DNA of 64,000 nt, from the NCBI GenBank assembly GCA_010405405.1, contig MU004234.1, positions 354,993-418,992 of the forward strand. Direction: 5' to 3'. Source of the DNA: Microthyrium microscopicum (lineage: Eukaryota). Every line of letters begins with the position of its first letter. The first letter of the stretch is position 1. The notes under the pieces are model-generated. The model saw only the letters and a program-made list of their open reading frames with translations, was not told the origin of the DNA and did no database searches. Positions 21,484-32,731 of the stretch are shown here, one piece after another. A program made the translations under genes and the position numbers.

Positions 21484-23373
21484 CTAATACCCAAAGACCG
21501 AGCCGAGCAGCTTATTCTTACGAGCCGGCTTCTTGGTGCATCGACGTGCCTCGTGGATGATAGACTGCTTTGTCAGACGGCGCTCAACATTGTGCTGTAT
21601 TTTCTTGACGCGTGATTGTGCGCGGGCGAGGCTGGCTCGCGGTTTGCCGTTAACAGCTTGGATGACGTCGCCCTGGTACTTGACTAGTGCTTTGATGACC
21701 TTGTCGTTCATACGGGCAAGGCTCTTGCGAGTTTTGGTAACTTTGCGGCTAGCATCAAAGTCGATGCGGAAGGATTGGGCAAAGGTTGAGACCTGGGATT
21801 GGGCACGGAGAATAACGTCTGATACACCGAATGGGGTGGTGGCAAGCTTCTTAGCTTGTTCGACAGGACGAGTGAGGCTGCGAATGCCTGGGATGTTGTT
21901 GAGGCCGGGTTCGACATATATTATAAGAGCGTCAGTGATACGGCGAACAACGTCAGAAGCAGCGGCAGCAGCGGCTTGAGGAGGACCATTCCATTGGAAG
22001 CCTGGTTTGCCGAGATCGACCATTTGAACTTGAAAAGAAGATTCCCCCGGTAGAGCAAATAGGACTTGTACTTTGCCATGTAGTTCTTCCTTAGGGACGA
22101 CTTGTGGGACCCAGTCAATCGAGGAACCTGGTAATGTGACGTGACCGCGTTGTAGTACATGACCATTTCGTGATATGACAATAGCAATCGCTCCTCGTAT
22201 CCGAGCGGATGTCGTATATCCCAGGGTGAACTTCCCAGTGAGAGGGTTGTAATCGATCTTAAACTTTTCGTTCTTTCCAGACATTTGATAGTAAGGTCCG
22301 AGTCGGTCAGTGGCCTTCATCTTTCGACCAACGTCGAATGGGGCGATAAATCCATTACCAAGGAATACATAGAATCTAGCGGTATCTTTTTCAGATACGC
22401 TCTGCTCAGGAAGTTTTGGTCGAAGTAATGATTGGCTTTTTGCTTGCGACGGACGTGCCACCTTTGATGACCGAGTTGCAGACGCTGAGCTTGCGGATGA
22501 TGTTGAGCTATACACTTCTAGCTTCTTCTCACTTGATAGACTACTAGTCAACAAATGGAGAAGGTCTAGACGATCTCCAAGTGGCCAGCCGCCAGCTGGA
22601 GCTCGTCTTAGAGATGGAAACGGTGTCTCAGTAGGAGCAGTAAGAGGAACGTTGACTTTGGGCTCAACCTTGAAGCCGCTTGTATCAACATTGTGAGAGT
22701 GGGATGAAGGCGTGACCATGGGTCCAAGGACGCTGGCAGTGATTACTGAGAATATCACAAAGAGTGCCGAGCCACAGAAGAGTTTGAAGTTTGGACCTTG
22801 GCTAACTTGAACCGCACGATCTTGCCAGCATTCCCATTCTGAGCCGGTATAGTCCCGGACAAGCTGTCGCCAAATGTTATGTAGACCACGCTTTTCCGTT
22901 GAGTGATCCGCAAGATCTTCCAGAGTGCTGTTCAGAAGTCGGGCAGCAATATCATCGGATTCGTTTGAGGGAACGGATGTATCCACGGATTGATTTCCAT
23001 ATGATTCGCTAAGCAGTGATTCACTCTTAGTGTCACTGAGAGCGATCACGTTATCATCCTCTTCTTCCGTACCCGATTCGTCAGAGTCGTATCGATGGTC
23101 GCCGGTGCGGGTCGATTCTCGATCATCACCGGCTTCAGAGCCCGATGAGAAGTCGATAGACTCGCCAGTCTCGTCAGTGCCGTCGGAGAGTAAATCGTAG
23201 GTGGATTCATCGAGAGCCGATGGCTCGGAGTTGCGGCGAACTCGCATGTTCAGATCGGGTTGGCGGTGGAAACGGTTATGATCGACTGAGCCGTCAAGCT
23301 TGATGGAAGGGATAATAAATTCGCTGCTGCTATGACTAGAGGTATGGTCAGAGAATGTGGTGCTTTCCTCCAT
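21484..23373 (-). CDS. Hypothetical 629-aa single-pass membrane protein
   Basis: Long uninterrupted ORF with an acidic Ser-rich N-terminus, one hydrophobic segment (LFCGSALFVIFSVITASVLG) and a basic C-terminus. Confidence 0.75.
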   Translation of the reverse strand: MEESTTFSDHTSSHSSSEFIIPSIKLDGSVDHNRFHRQPDLNMRVRRNSEPSALDESTYDLLSDGTDETGESIDFSSGSEAGDDRESTRTGDHRYDSDESGTEEEDDNVIALSDTKSESLLSESYGNQSVDTSVPSNESDDIAARLLNSTLEDLADHSTEKRGLHNIWRQLVRDYTGSEWECWQDRAVQVSQGPNFKLFCGSALFVIFSVITASVLGPMVTPSSHSHNVDTSGFKVEPKVNVPLTAPTETPFPSLRRAPAGGWPLGDRLDLLHLLTSSLSSEKKLEVYSSTSSASSASATRSSKVARPSQAKSQSLLRPKLPEQSVSEKDTARFYVFLGNGFIAPFDVGRKMKATDRLGPYYQMSGKNEKFKIDYNPLTGKFTLGYTTSARIRGAIAIVISRNGHVLQRGHVTLPGSSIDWVPQVVPKEELHGKVQVLFALPGESSFQVQMVDLGKPGFQWNGPPQAAAAAASDVVRRITDALIIYVEPGLNNIPGIRSLTRPVEQAKKLATTPFGVSDVILRAQSQVSTFAQSFRIDFDASRKVTKTRKSLARMNDKVIKALVKYQGDVIQAVNGKPRASLARAQSRVKKIQHNVERRLTKQSIIHEARRCTKKPARKNKLLGSVFGY

Positions 23374-24792
23374 GGTGGGGAAGTAAGTGTAAGATGATCA
23401 AGTCGATGTCGTCGGGCTCAAGCCTAGAAGAGCATGGACGCGGCTATGGAATCAAGCTGAGGTGGGCAGCACGAGGATAGGCTGGACAGTGGAGTAACCT
23501 AGGCAAGCCGAGGTTTCGGAGTGGGTAGAAGATGCCAAATGCTCCAGATGAGGGATATTGGGAAACTAGAACATAAACGTACCGAAAGCAGGAGGGTTCA
23601 CTGGAAACAGGCAATAGAGGGCGCGGGGATGTGCAGCGGAGCCTAACAGGCAACCACGGGCAGACGGATAGTGTAAATGTGGCAAATTTGAGGCGGATAG
23701 GATGTCGAATTTGGTGTTTTCAAGGTAGAAAAGATGCAAAAAGTAGAATGAAGTTATCAAGAAGGTCTGAGGGAGAGTTGAGAATAGGAGGAATAAGGAG
23801 ATGGGGTTTGATAGAGGAGCTCCGTAGTTGGAGAGATGGACATGGAGTAATGCTTGCAGCGGGGTCGGCGACGAGGCTGCACTTACCGAACAGGACGGAT
23901 ATTGACGGGGATTATGTTAAGCCGCCAATCTTACAGGTGACAGGATTGGTAAGGTGTGGGACGCGTGTTGGCAATGATATCGCTGGCAATATAGACTTAT
24001 CTCATTTCATTCTAAGCACCATTTCTTGTCTCCAAAAGTTGCATTACTAATATGGTAAGAGGTGTATATTACAGCGTAGATATCAGACCTTCGCGGCTAT
24101 TATGGCTTGGGTCGCGACTGCCCCTCCTCGCCCCACATGACTTCGCGATAGGCAAGACCGACCTGGTAGCCTTGTTTAATCCCGCGCTAATTATGCAAGC
24201 TGCACCAGTTGCCGCTTCCTATTCCAGGCTGTATCAAAGGTGCAATATCAGGTGAATCGTCTTCAATATCGACACTGATATTCCCTTTTCTCTGATCTTG
24301 CTCTCGATACTCAGGGGCTGGTGAGCGGGGTCTCATTGCTTATCATCCATGATCTGTTGAAGCATAAATCGGATTCCCCAACCATTCGCTTTGATCAATG
24401 CGGACTGAAGAATCGTCAACTCAAATATACAAATGTATGAATTATCTCAATTCTACCACCATTCGAAATACCAAAGAGCAAGCATGTAGAAACTCCCAGC
24501 GCCCCGCGAATGCATAGCTAGAGTCTCTCCAGACATTTCAAAACGCCCATATGCATAACACTGTTAGAATGCAGCAACAAACCAGCCTCGCCTCCCTTCT
24601 CCCCGCTTTGCCATCCCAGTTCCATTATGGTAAAAAAGTTAATACATGAGAAGACGTAAAACACGTTGAATATCGAGGATTCATGCCGCGACTATGACTC
24701 AACCAGCCACGCGTATAAAGTGTAACCCTCGGTGGGCTCTTTTCTGGACACTTCTGTTAAGCAGGCAAGATGTGCCTGTGTTGAGGGGAAGA

Positions 24793-26516
24793 TCATGGGC
24801 TTGTCCAGCCTCCTGCCACGTCCACCCATTCGGCCAGACAGCTGCCTTCTTTGCCTTCCACGTCGACGATGTCTGTGTCGCAGCGGCAGCGGCAACCAAC
24901 CCCGTTCTCCTTGGGACGATCCCATTTCTCCCAGTATTCGTCTTCATCTGTGCGTTTCCGCTCGTCGATCTGCGGCTCCAGGAAAGGCGATCTAGGTAAT
25001 TGGCGTGAGGGGGCATTGGCCGGGCAATGTTGGATAGTTGTATGTCTGTATCCAAAGTCGCGGAAGTAGTGAAGATCTTTCGTGTCGAGGAGAGCACCAG
25101 CGGCAAGAGAATGGATGGGTGCATCACCCCACTGTTGATTGTTAGAAGAATTCCAGACTTTGTCACTTGATATTGACTTACTCGTTCCATCCAAAATCCA
25201 CCACTGCGATCCATCGTCTCAAAGAAGTCATTGTATTCCTTGCTCCGGAACCAATCTAGTCGGGCAATTTCAAAATTACTCCAGAAATGACACATGTTGT
25301 ATGATTCGCCTTCCATGGAATTGGGATCAATCTCGTCAAGATTGCCTTTTCCTCGCTCGGTGTTGAGGATCTCCTCTGGTAATGGTTTCTTGCCCTTTGG
25401 TAGACTCTTTGGAAGGCTTTTGTGGTTATCCTTCTTTTCCAAGAACATATTCCATAATCCAGTGGCAGTAATGTTGTTGGTTCGCTTGTACGCAGACGCA
25501 TAACGGAAAATATTGGGTACGGTTTCTCGGAGTTCTTTGATAGCAATTGTGAAGCCATAGGTTTTGTTGTGTCGTTCCATCTCAATAAACGGATCACTGT
25601 CAAAAGTTAGCTTGATAGCGAGGCCAAGTTGAAAAAATACATACTATGTAATATCACAGAAATACTTAATCTCTGGTTCCACTCGCCAATACCACTTGTA
25701 CTTAGCAAGTAGCGGGTGCTTGTAGAAGAAACTTTACCCTGTCAGTGCCTGCTAAACATTTACGTTTCAAACAATCTTACCCAGAATAAAATCTGCACAT
25801 ATGGTGATAACTTTCCATTTCACCATACATGATAGCTGCATCACCTTGTTTTCGAATGCCTTCTCGTGCAACTTCCTTGTCGACCCAATCTGGATAGCCC
25901 CACATGGATGGGTCCAACTTGCCGAATTCCACTGGACCACTGGTGTAGTTGCGAATAACTTCCTTGAAAGTTGAGTTGAAGTCCCCATCGTTCAAAAAGA
26001 CGAAAGGGTAGTGGAACCAGCGGTTGAAATGTCGTTCAACCGATCGAATGGACTCGATGACTCCATCCAACTCCTTATTCCGTGCCAACACTACAAACGC
26101 AGCATTAGCACGTGGGCCCTTTGCTTCTCGGTCGGGGTCGAGACATCCGCTGTGAAAGACTCGATCGTGCTTTTCACTAATTCGCCTGTTTTCGATATCA
26201 GCACTTGTCCTACAGCACAAAAGTTGCGCTTCATGTCAGCTTACCGTATCGAGGGGGGAGATCCTGCTGGTAACATCTCATGACCCTCTGTTGGCCGATG
26301 CCGCAGTACCATTATCATTATAGTTATTATGACGACAACTGGAAAGACTAGAACGACACCTAGAGGAACAGAAATCTTCCGTAATTGTATGCGATGTTGT
26401 AGTAGGGAAAGGCGCGGGCGAAACCTTGAGGATCGGGATTTCGATTTCCCTTTTTCCGAAGATGGGAGATCTGGGGAGGGTCGGAGATGTTTCTGGAGAT
26501 TTTGAACGAACCCCAT
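24793..26516 (-). CDS. Alpha-1,2-mannosyltransferase, glycosyltransferase family 15 (KRE2/KTR family), multi-exon
   Basis: N-terminal TM; AAFVVLARNKEL..RHFNRWFHYPFVFLND; ESYHHMCRFYSG; YNMCHFWSNFEIARL; ER/WGDAPIHSLA across GT-AG introns. Confidence 0.93.
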
Positions 26517-27480
26517 GATGGCGGTTTTGTGATGGACGGTTGAGAAAGGAGAGGCCAGTTGAAGGAATAAGCTGCAGGAGAGTCTTGGCCAGAGGTCTCC
26601 TTATCGCGCAATGGAGATTGTAAACAATCGTTATGAACTGCGAACTTGTAGTCTTGTAGGTTCCAGAGAAATCGGATCGCGAGATGAAAATGCAGGAAAA
26701 GAACAGGTGTGTATGAAGTGCGCAGCAATTAGGAGGCGCAGCGAATCGGGGGTAATTAGACGAAGCGGATCGCGCGGGCTAGGGTGTGCGCGCGATTGCG
26801 GCTCTGGGACAAATGTTGAGATGTCGAGGAGGAGAATAAAGGTGGAGGCGAGATGGATTGATGTTTCTGGAGAGTTGAAAAGTGAAGAGGAGAGGAGACG
26901 ATAGCCAGAAAAGGCAGCTAGAATAGAAAGTCAGAAAGTGTTGAACAGAAGGAGCAACCAACAACGCGACAGCTTACAGGGACCAAGCCAAGCCACGCTA
27001 ACTGCACCGGTCTTGCCCGTTGAGCCGCACCACCAATCAAACCGCTAGAATACCGTATACGCTTATCCTTTAAACATTCGATCCGTTCCTTTGAAGGCCA
27101 CCTTTGATCAAAATATCATTCTGAAGAATACATACTCCGTAACTTCATCATGAAGTAGTCACCTCTAGCTCTCGTAAATCGAAAAGTCTCTCCGCAATGC
27201 TTGTGCTGATTACCCGACACATCTCCCATAGTAACCAATATAAAATAATAAAACAAACGAATCCTTCTGTACTTTGCCAAGCTGCTCAAGAACCAACACC
27301 TAAAATTAGCTGCCATTTTGAACCCTGAGACCCCTGCAGCAAGCCACCCCTGAATCTTCCTTGCTCCCCTAACTCTAATTGGCAGCTGCATTCTCCTCTC
27401 TCACCACCACTCTGCCTGTCTGTCAACCCCATATTCGCTCCTCAATATCACCGCCAATCATCAACAGTCTCTGGCCTATA

Positions 27481-28005
27481 ATGAGCTTCAAATCCAAGAA
27501 TTTGCAATTCGAGGCCAGTGAGCCTGCTTTTCTGCGCAGACTGCGCGGTGAAGCTCGCGGTGACGTTGATGCGCCTGGCTATGAAGCAGATCGTCATATC
27601 AATCCTACTGCGCTGCCGAAGAAACCGAAACGACTGGAGAATGATGAGGATGATGCACCTGCTTATGTTCTCGAAGGTTCAGATGCGACTTTGTCTAAAG
27701 CAGATATCGAAACTCTGACTGGGAAAAAGAGCGAGGGTGACGTGGATGGGAGCAAAGGCGACGCAGAAAAAGAAGGCAAGCCTGACGTTAGTGCCGATGG
27801 AATTGAGAAACATGTGCAAAAGGTTGCTGGTGTTGGTGTCTTTTCCAAAAAGAGAAAAGCCATTCGTGTAGGCGATGCTGAAGAAGAAGAAGAAGAAGAA
27901 GAAGAAGAAGACGCCAAGAAGATCACGACGAAGGCTACACCGAAGAAATCCAAGAAAAAGGCAAAGACAAAGAACCTATCATTCGCAGACGATGAAGATA
28001 AATGA
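27481..28005 (+). CDS. DUF4604-like small charged protein
   Basis: MSFKSKNLQFEASEPAFLRRLRG N-terminus and KKK..LSFADDE C-terminus. Confidence 0.75.
   Translation: MSFKSKNLQFEASEPAFLRRLRGEARGDVDAPGYEADRHINPTALPKKPKRLENDEDDAPAYVLEGSDATLSKADIETLTGKKSEGDVDGSKGDAEKEGKPDVSADGIEKHVQKVAGVGVFSKKRKAIRVGDAEEEEEEEEEEDAKKITTKATPKKSKKKAKTKNLSFADDEDK
27880..27911 (+). repeat. (GAA)n microsatellite encoding poly-Glu
   Basis: About 10 GAA units inside the CDS. Confidence 0.9.
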
Positions 28006-28836
28006 AGCGATGAACTTCCCAGCCAAGAACTATATGTCGCCTCCAGTCGTCCTCTAGAATACCGTACAATTATTCTGGTCAGGCACGCACGCGTCGCCTA
28101 ATATCATCATGCAAGTGTTGGTCTGCGAAAGAACGGCCGTGTTGAAAAACCGGAAACCCAATTACTCGTGGTACTCATGCGGAAATCGAGAATCCTCGAG
28201 TATTATACGAATACCATGTTTGGCGCCAGAATGCTACTCATCAGTTTCTTGCACCTTCTGTCAATTGATGTATCATCTGCTTTTAGGAAAGCAAAAGTAG
28301 GATCCATCATATCCGAATCGATGCCAAAGTCCGAGAACGAACGGATATTCCATCAATGGGAACTCCATCAATGGAAACTCCCTGGATGGCGGCTTCGTGC
28401 ACGGAAACTCCGCGGGTACAGACTCCAGTCACGCGAGCCACCAGCTCAAAGGACCAGTGGAATTTCTCAATATGTTATGAACCGGGGCAACAATCGATGT
28501 CTCACCGCCAAAAGAATTATCAGGATCAGCAACGGACGGATATCGAGTCACTGGAAACTCCGCGCATTGAAACTCAACACGTCACGATGCAAAAGCTGTC
28601 AGAACCACTCGAAATCACTTGTAATTGAACCAATAATCATCATTTATCAAGGATAAGAGCAAATTGAATAAGATGTTCTATTAAAATGTTCAGTCAACAC
28701 TGAGCACTCATCATATTACTATAAAAAAAGACATTATATAAACTCGAAAGCTTCCGTTCATCCAACGCCATGCATCCAGGGTATATCCAATCCATTATAT
28801 CGCGCTTCACAGGACACCATGCTGCTCATGAATCTT

Positions 28837-29073
28837 TCATGCTAGAGATACTGGCATTCTATAGCTGTAGAACTCGACTGCTTGTGGGTTGAATTTGGCC
28901 TTTGGTTGCTTCTGACTTGACTGGGCGCTTGAATATGAAGGTTTCGAGTCAACCGATTGACTAGACTCTGAAAAGTCGCTTTCGTAGACTTTGGAGGCCT
29001 TGTAGGAGTCTGATTGGGACTTGCTTGACTTGCTGAGACCCATCTTGGACATGAATTTGCTGAAATGAGGCAT
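28837..29073 (-). CDS. Small Ser/Lys-rich hypothetical protein (78 aa)
   Basis: ACAATG start context; TTTATATC-like element ~100 nt upstream on the minus strand; protein-like composition. Confidence 0.5.
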   Translation of the reverse strand: MPHFSKFMSKMGLSKSSKSQSDSYKASKVYESDFSESSQSVDSKPSYSSAQSSQKQPKAKFNPQAVEFYSYRMPVSLA

Positions 29074-31135
29074 TGTGTTTGATATGGAGGTTTTGGTAGA
29101 TTTCTTTGGAGATAGAATGGTGGTTGATGGAAAGAGCTTTGTGAAAATCTTTGAGATGGGGATGATAGTTGATATAAAGAACTGCTTAACAATGCGATTT
29201 GCTTAGAAATTCGAATTGCTTGATAATGCGAATCGCTTAGTGGTTTTAGTGTTGTCTAGTGTGATGTATGATGTTGATAATGATAGCCACTTCCTCCAGA
29301 CCATCAAGATACCTTTATACCCATTTGCAATATCTGACGCCTAGCATCTATAGCTCTAATTCGTAATTATATGCGAGCCTGAAATTCTATTCGAGTCACC
29401 TATCCCCACATACTGGCTCCTCGAAGGCTTTGGCCAGGAATGGGATTTGGAGGCTCAGAGAAGCATAGAATCCTGCAGGGCAGAGCCAATTACTGCACCG
29501 TCTTCGTGTCTGCCTCACCCTCAAGGTATTCCTCGCACAGTTCACCAGAAAGTCTCTATTTTTCTCGTAGGGATGTTGAAATCCATCCCGCTTTTTCTAG
29601 AATTAGCTTGTTCGCCCATTGACTGTCGGAGTTTTACTGTCCGACTGTGAGTCAATGGCATTGGATTCCATTGACACAGAGCATTGGGGCAGTGCCAAAT
29701 TTGTATTCCCAGTGCTAAATCTGTACCCCGAGAGCACCCAAGGAACGCAATCTAATTCCGATTTCAACTTGGCGATGCTAATTTTTAGGTTTTTACGTTA
29801 TTGGAGAAAATTTTATTTTGCATTTTCATTGTTGATTTTGCGCGCAATGTTGCAGTGATTGAGGCAGTGCCTAATGTAACGTCGATTGGCATCACGAAAC
29901 TTGTACGCCTAACATTGTTTTCTGCCTACCTAGGTACTTAGCCAAGTGATATTTGGAATGCCAATACCTGCTGCAGATTCGGTGAGCGGATTAGGCATTC
30001 AGTGCCGCCAGATTTGGTGTGTAGTGTTTACATGTTTTATGCTTCGTAAGGTTTTGCTGCCTACCTAGAGATCGACAATGCATGTGGATATGCTCAATGG
30101 CATTACTAGCTGCTAGGCACCTGCATAAGGACTTGGTAACAATGAACTTCTAGCTATCTAGTCAATGGCAAAGACACCATTGATATTGAGTAAGCTTTCA
30201 GAATTGAGGCAGTAAACAGGTGCCTATAAGACACCGGTAAATTAGTATAGCTGAATGAGTCTTGTAGAAGGACGATTGCTGCAAAGATATTGCTTCGGCG
30301 TTAGAACATGAAGCACTGTATGAAATGGAAATAACTTCGTGTTGACTGCTTGAAATACGAAATGAAGGCATTTTTATATCCGATTTTACGAAGCATAACA
30401 TCAAAAATATATCTTCAATGCTAGTCTTCAACCACCTAAATCAAGCAGCGAATTCTACTCAATTGAGGTTCAAGCATTGATAAGTCGTTAGGTAGCGCTT
30501 ACTTCTCTCTGCAGAATTCGATTTCCCGCTTGACCAGGCGCCCAATCTGTCAAATTGTCAGACCATTACTACAGTTGTTATCCCTAGCCTGAATAGAATA
30601 GTTGCCAAGGTTGACTTGATAATTGGGTGACTGTTTATTCCCGGTTATACCTCATGATGAACTTATTCGAGAACGGCCTGGATATACCGTGCTCGTATTG
30701 TCTTGTCAATGCCATGGCCAGCCGCAGTGAAAGATGGAGAGCTCAGCTCTCGATTGACTGTAGTTGCACTTTGATCTAGAAAATAGTAAGAACCGGTCTG
30801 GTGACTCAATCGACATATGGAACTTCTGCACTAATGCTGCGAGACGATTGAAGCTGATGCCAAGGAGGCTTTACATCAACTCATCGAACAGCTCTCTAAT
30901 GTTGATTTCCCTCGTCTTCTAACCAATCGATGGCGCTTTCGGATTTTTTCAGTTTCCACTACTCGACTGGGCACTTATCAACGTGTATATGGAATTTATA
31001 AGTCCTTTCTTTCAACGGATTAATAGCCCCAGTAGTTAGGCATTTCATCCAAATAGACGAGGAGCCTGCTAATCATAAATCATTAACAAAACAAATCAAG
31101 CTCTCGAGACATACATCAACAGCTAGCGACAACTT

Positions 31136-31736
31136 CTAACATGCTATGGCTCCTCCTCCTCCTCCTCCTCCTCCTCCTCCTCCGCCTCCATCACCACCTA
31201 CAATTCCGCCACCACCTCCGCCTGCGCCGCAGTCACCGCCGCCGCTACCACCCCAGCTGAAGCCGCCTCCATCTCCCCCATAAGCGGGAGGGGCAGCAGC
31301 ACTAGCAGCAGCACTTGCAGCGGCATTGGCAGCGATAGCAGCGTCGCCAGCATATCCTCCTGCGCCGTAGAATGCACCACCACCATTCGCGTATCCGTTG
31401 CGATCAGTTCGCTTGTTTACTTTGTAGTATGGTGGTGGTTTTGATGAGACTTTTGGTTGTTGGATGTATGGACCTTTGATATGTTAGTATACTTTCCTCC
31501 AAGGTAACGGGGCCGCGAGTAAGCCAGGAATTTCATTAGGAAAACTCACCTGCGGAATGAGGATCGAATCTGCCAGGCTTGGATGGTTTTGCGGTTGGCT
31601 TAGGTAGATATGGACCAGCATGGTGCGGATTGAATTGGCCTGGCTTTGGTGCTATTGGAGCTGATTTGGGTAGATATGGGCCGGCAGAATGTGGATCGAA
31701 TTGACCTGGCTTGGGGCGAGAAGGACTGCAACCCAT
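31136..31736 (-). CDS. Small Pro/Gly-rich protein with MGC N-terminus and internal repeats (2 exons)
   Basis: MGCSPSRP then 3 repeats of KPG(Q/R)F(D/N)PH(S/H)AGPY; intron 31549-31474 (GTGAG..CTAAC..AAG); exon 2 is Ala/Gly-rich and ends GGGGAIAC*; (TCC)n at 31151-31183 encodes poly-Gly. Confidence 0.7.
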
Positions 31737-32150
31737 CGTGTTGTGTTTCACAGAGTCAAACACGGGCAGAACTATGAGTATCTCATGGAAGAATTTGTTC
31801 GAGTTGGTTGATCAGATCGAATATTTCTGACGTAGTTGGAATAAAGTCCTGGGCTTAAGCTTGGCTGACAAAATTCAGCATTTGGGAGTCGAAGATATCG
31901 TGAGAGTCAGGCATTGGGAACTTCCACAGGTTTAATCCAGCATCGTATGAGGCGTAGTTTATTCATAGTAGGCGGCACAACGATCGATTGTTGCTGCTGG
32001 TGGCTTTGGGAGTGCTGATCCATTGACTTCACTGGACGCGCGAAGGATTCAAATGTCCAATTTGAGACGAGGCTGAGCAAGGCTGACACCACGAACCAAC
32101 AGCCGCGCCTGCTATAACGTGTTTTGAGAAGCACAATACCGCTTTCTACC

Positions 32151-32516
32151 TGTAACTTGTATTAAGCTCCAATCATAATCGTATTAAGCTAAATATAAAG
32201 CTAGCTAATTAAAATATAGTTTTATTACTAGAGTAAGCCTCTAGCGTTCTTAATACTAAGAATTATAATAGAATTTAGCTAATTAGTATTAGAGAAAATA
32301 ATTTTAAGAACTAATTATACTTAAAAAGTAAATTAGAATTAATTATTACTACTAATAATAAGAAATAAACTAGAAATAGTTTATACTTTTACTATAAGAG
32401 GCTAGTAGTCTAATATAGCTTTTAAAATAGCTAATTAGAGGCTTATATTAGCCTAAATTAGGTCCTAATCTTCGTAGCATACTTACTAATTACTATAGGG
32501 GCTCCAGAATATAACA
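32151..32516. mobile_element. RIP-degraded repeat relic, possible solo LTR
   Basis: Abrupt AT-rich, TpA-rich, CpA/TpG-depleted ~365-bp island beginning TGT and ending ACA; no clear TSD. Confidence 0.5.
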
Positions 32517-32599
32517 AGCTAAGACCCTCGAACGAAATAATCAATTAAAATCCGCTTAGGCTTATGAGAAATCTAATGTCAACCAAATCAATGGTTTTG

Positions 32600-32607
32600 T
32601 GACGTCA
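32600..32607. promoter_or_regulatory. CRE (ATF/CREB-type) palindrome TGACGTCA upstream of the glutamate-cysteine ligase-like gene
   Basis: Perfect 8-mer 125 nt upstream of the ATG; function not shown. Confidence 0.3.
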
Positions 32608-32731
32608 GCCCGCCCTTCGTAGAACGTCAAATCATCCTTAGAAGGTACCAAAGTCTTTTCTACAGTTGTTTTTATGTTTATTTCAGTACGCATGCATTTC
32701 AAAGTTATGCTTTTCTATTAATCATCTAAGA

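Noticed and set aside
28109..28656. Overlapping short ORFs (162 aa and 90 aa)
   Set aside because: No recognisable motifs or splice structure; coding status cannot be supported.
32483..32489. Yap1 site TTACTAA upstream of the GCL-like gene
   Set aside because: It lies within RIP-mutated AT-rich DNA, where this heptamer arises readily by chance.
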